A DNA stretch of 64,000 bases from Acidobacteriota bacterium (GTDB taxonomy: Bacteria > Acidobacteriota > Terriglobia > Terriglobales > Acidobacteriaceae). Made by a program: the position numbers and the translations under genes. The stretch's first letter is position 1. Each line of letters starts with the position of its first letter. The notes under the pieces are model-generated. The model had not been told where the DNA came from. It was given only the letters and a program-made list of their open reading frames with translations, and did not search any database. This document shows positions 62,973 through 64,000 of the stretch, one piece after another. The stretch lies in contig JAYTFR010000083.1 of the NCBI GenBank assembly GCA_043734125.1, positions 13,868 to 77,867 on the forward strand, given 5' to 3'.

Positions 62973-63671
62973 ATGTTCGCAGGAATCGAAAACGTCCACC
63001 GCGATCCCCGGCGCGGCTGGACCGCGTTCGCCTCGTTAACTTTGCAAGCGATACTTCTGGCTATCGCCGTCGCCACCCCTTTGCTTTATCCCAGCAGCGT
63101 GCCGGATTTCGGACGGCGCATTTTCGTTCCCCTCACCAACCCCACTCCTGATATTGCTCCGGTTGAGCACGTTCCACCGGGCGGACACGCCGGCGTGAGC
63201 TTGCGCCCTCACATGATCCTGGTGACGCAAGACCCAACGTTTCACTTTCCTGGGCCGCAAGTTGAGACGGGAACGGACGGGCCGCCTGACGTAAGCCTTG
63301 TGTCCGGCTCTCACTCCGGCCCACCTGACTCCGGTCCAAATGTGGGCGAGCAAATGCTTCCGGCTCGGCCGCCCATTCCAGTTCCGTCAGTTCGGGTTTC
63401 TCGTTCGATGCAGGGATACCTGCTTCATCGCGTCGAACCGTCTTATCCGGCGATCGCCAGAATAGCCGGGGTGCAGGGTGCTGTGGTGATCAAGGCGCTG
63501 ATCAGCCGCGAAGGGACCATCGAGCATTTGCAGGTGATCAACGGTTCGCCGCTGTTGTCGAAGACCGCGATCGAGGCGATCGCCCAATGGCGCTATCGGC
63601 CTTATTTCTTGAACGACCAACCAGTCGAGGTGGAGACGGAAATTACGGTGAATTTTTACTTGAACCGTTGA
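62973..63671 (+). CDS. Energy transducer TonB-family protein
   Basis: N-terminal TM helix (FASLTLQAILLAIAVATPLL), a Pro-rich spacer, and a C-terminal TonB_C domain (VEPSYPAIARIAGVQGAVVIKALISREGTIEHLQVINGSPLL...AIAQWRYRPY). Confidence 0.8.
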   Translation: MFAGIENVHRDPRRGWTAFASLTLQAILLAIAVATPLLYPSSVPDFGRRIFVPLTNPTPDIAPVEHVPPGGHAGVSLRPHMILVTQDPTFHFPGPQVETGTDGPPDVSLVSGSHSGPPDSGPNVGEQMLPARPPIPVPSVRVSRSMQGYLLHRVEPSYPAIARIAGVQGAVVIKALISREGTIEHLQVINGSPLLSKTAIEAIAQWRYRPYFLNDQPVEVETEITVNFYLNR

Positions 63672-63694
63672 AGGAAGACCTTGAATGCCCGGGC

Positions 63695-63737
63695 GTGGAC
63701 GCCCGGAGCTACACGGACTGTGTAGCCGGACGTCCAC
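63695..63737. other. Long imperfect GC-rich hairpin after the TonB-like gene
   Basis: GTGGACG...CGTCCAC forms the outer stem (7 bp), CCG/CGG adds 3 bp, and GCTACAC-ggact-GTGTAGC forms the inner stem (7 bp). There is no U-tract. Confidence 0.5.
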
Positions 63738-63837
63738 GTCCACCCGAAACCTGGAACCCCAGAGCGGAGTGGCACCGCAGTAACCTGCTGGCCGGGCGAC
63801 CGCGAACTATAATCGCAGCGTGGCGACGATTGAAATC

Positions 63838-64000
63838 GTGAAACGCGCGGCGACCCGGCCTACCTGGGCGGAAGTCTCGCTGCGCACCCTGCGCGAAAAC
63901 TACCGAGTGGTGCGTGATTATGTGGGGCAAGGTGTCACGGTTTGCGCGGTGGTGAAGGCCTATGCCTATGGCCACGGCGCGGTCGAGTGCTCCAAGGCCT
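63838..64000 (+). CDS. alr: Alanine racemase, N-terminal fragment (continues beyond right edge)
   Basis: VKRAATRPTWAEVSLRTLRENYRVVRDYVGQGVTVCAVVKAYAYGHGAVECSKA includes the PLP-lysine motif VVKA.AYGHG. An alternative in-frame GTG lies at 63820. Confidence 0.85.
   Translation, partial: MKRAATRPTWAEVSLRTLRENYRVVRDYVGQGVTVCAVVKAYAYGHGAVECSKA

Overview
This is a 64 kb, high-GC, gene-dense chromosomal segment. The gene content suggests Acidobacteriota (Terriglobia-like): TIGR03436-type VWA proteins, a CarboxypepD_reg-type giant TonB-dependent receptor, and CRTAC1/ASPIC-UnbV proteins. I call about 50 protein-coding genes, one tRNA-Val(GAC), two decayed genes (a VapC/PIN toxin and a tyrosine-integrase C-terminal fragment), and one probable frameshifted gene (an M28 peptidase).

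Housekeeping genes:
- nrdJ (5-prime part, runs off the left edge), sodA, pilD, glsA, mobA, cca, gatC, gatA, cysS, pgsA, frr, bamA, skp, a TonB-like protein, and alr (start only, right edge).

Most distinctive block:
- A roughly 23 kb run (16.3-39.5 kb) consists only of predicted exported proteins.
- It holds three VWA proteins, four TPR proteins (one with an N-terminal carboxypeptidase-regulatory-like domain), three CRTAC1-like FG-GAP/ASPIC proteins, and a 1361-aa TonB-dependent-receptor-like outer membrane protein.
- It includes a tandemly duplicated TPR+CRTAC1 two-gene module.

Other notable items:
- A LacI-family regulator sits next to a very HCHL-like hydroxycinnamoyl-CoA hydratase-lyase. 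That gene's sigma70-like promoter has a 14-bp palindrome in the spacer.
- A bipartite REP-like hairpin lies after gatA, with a decayed direct copy about 2 kb away. The two copies bracket three uncharacterised genes.
- An integrase scar lies next to tRNA-Val.
- A HisKA-only PAS protein is translationally coupled to pilD.
- A long leader with NrdR-box-like sites lies upstream of nrdJ.

I saw no CRISPR array, rRNA, intact transposase or recognisable defence system. All functional calls come from reading the translations and motifs by eye. No database search was run.
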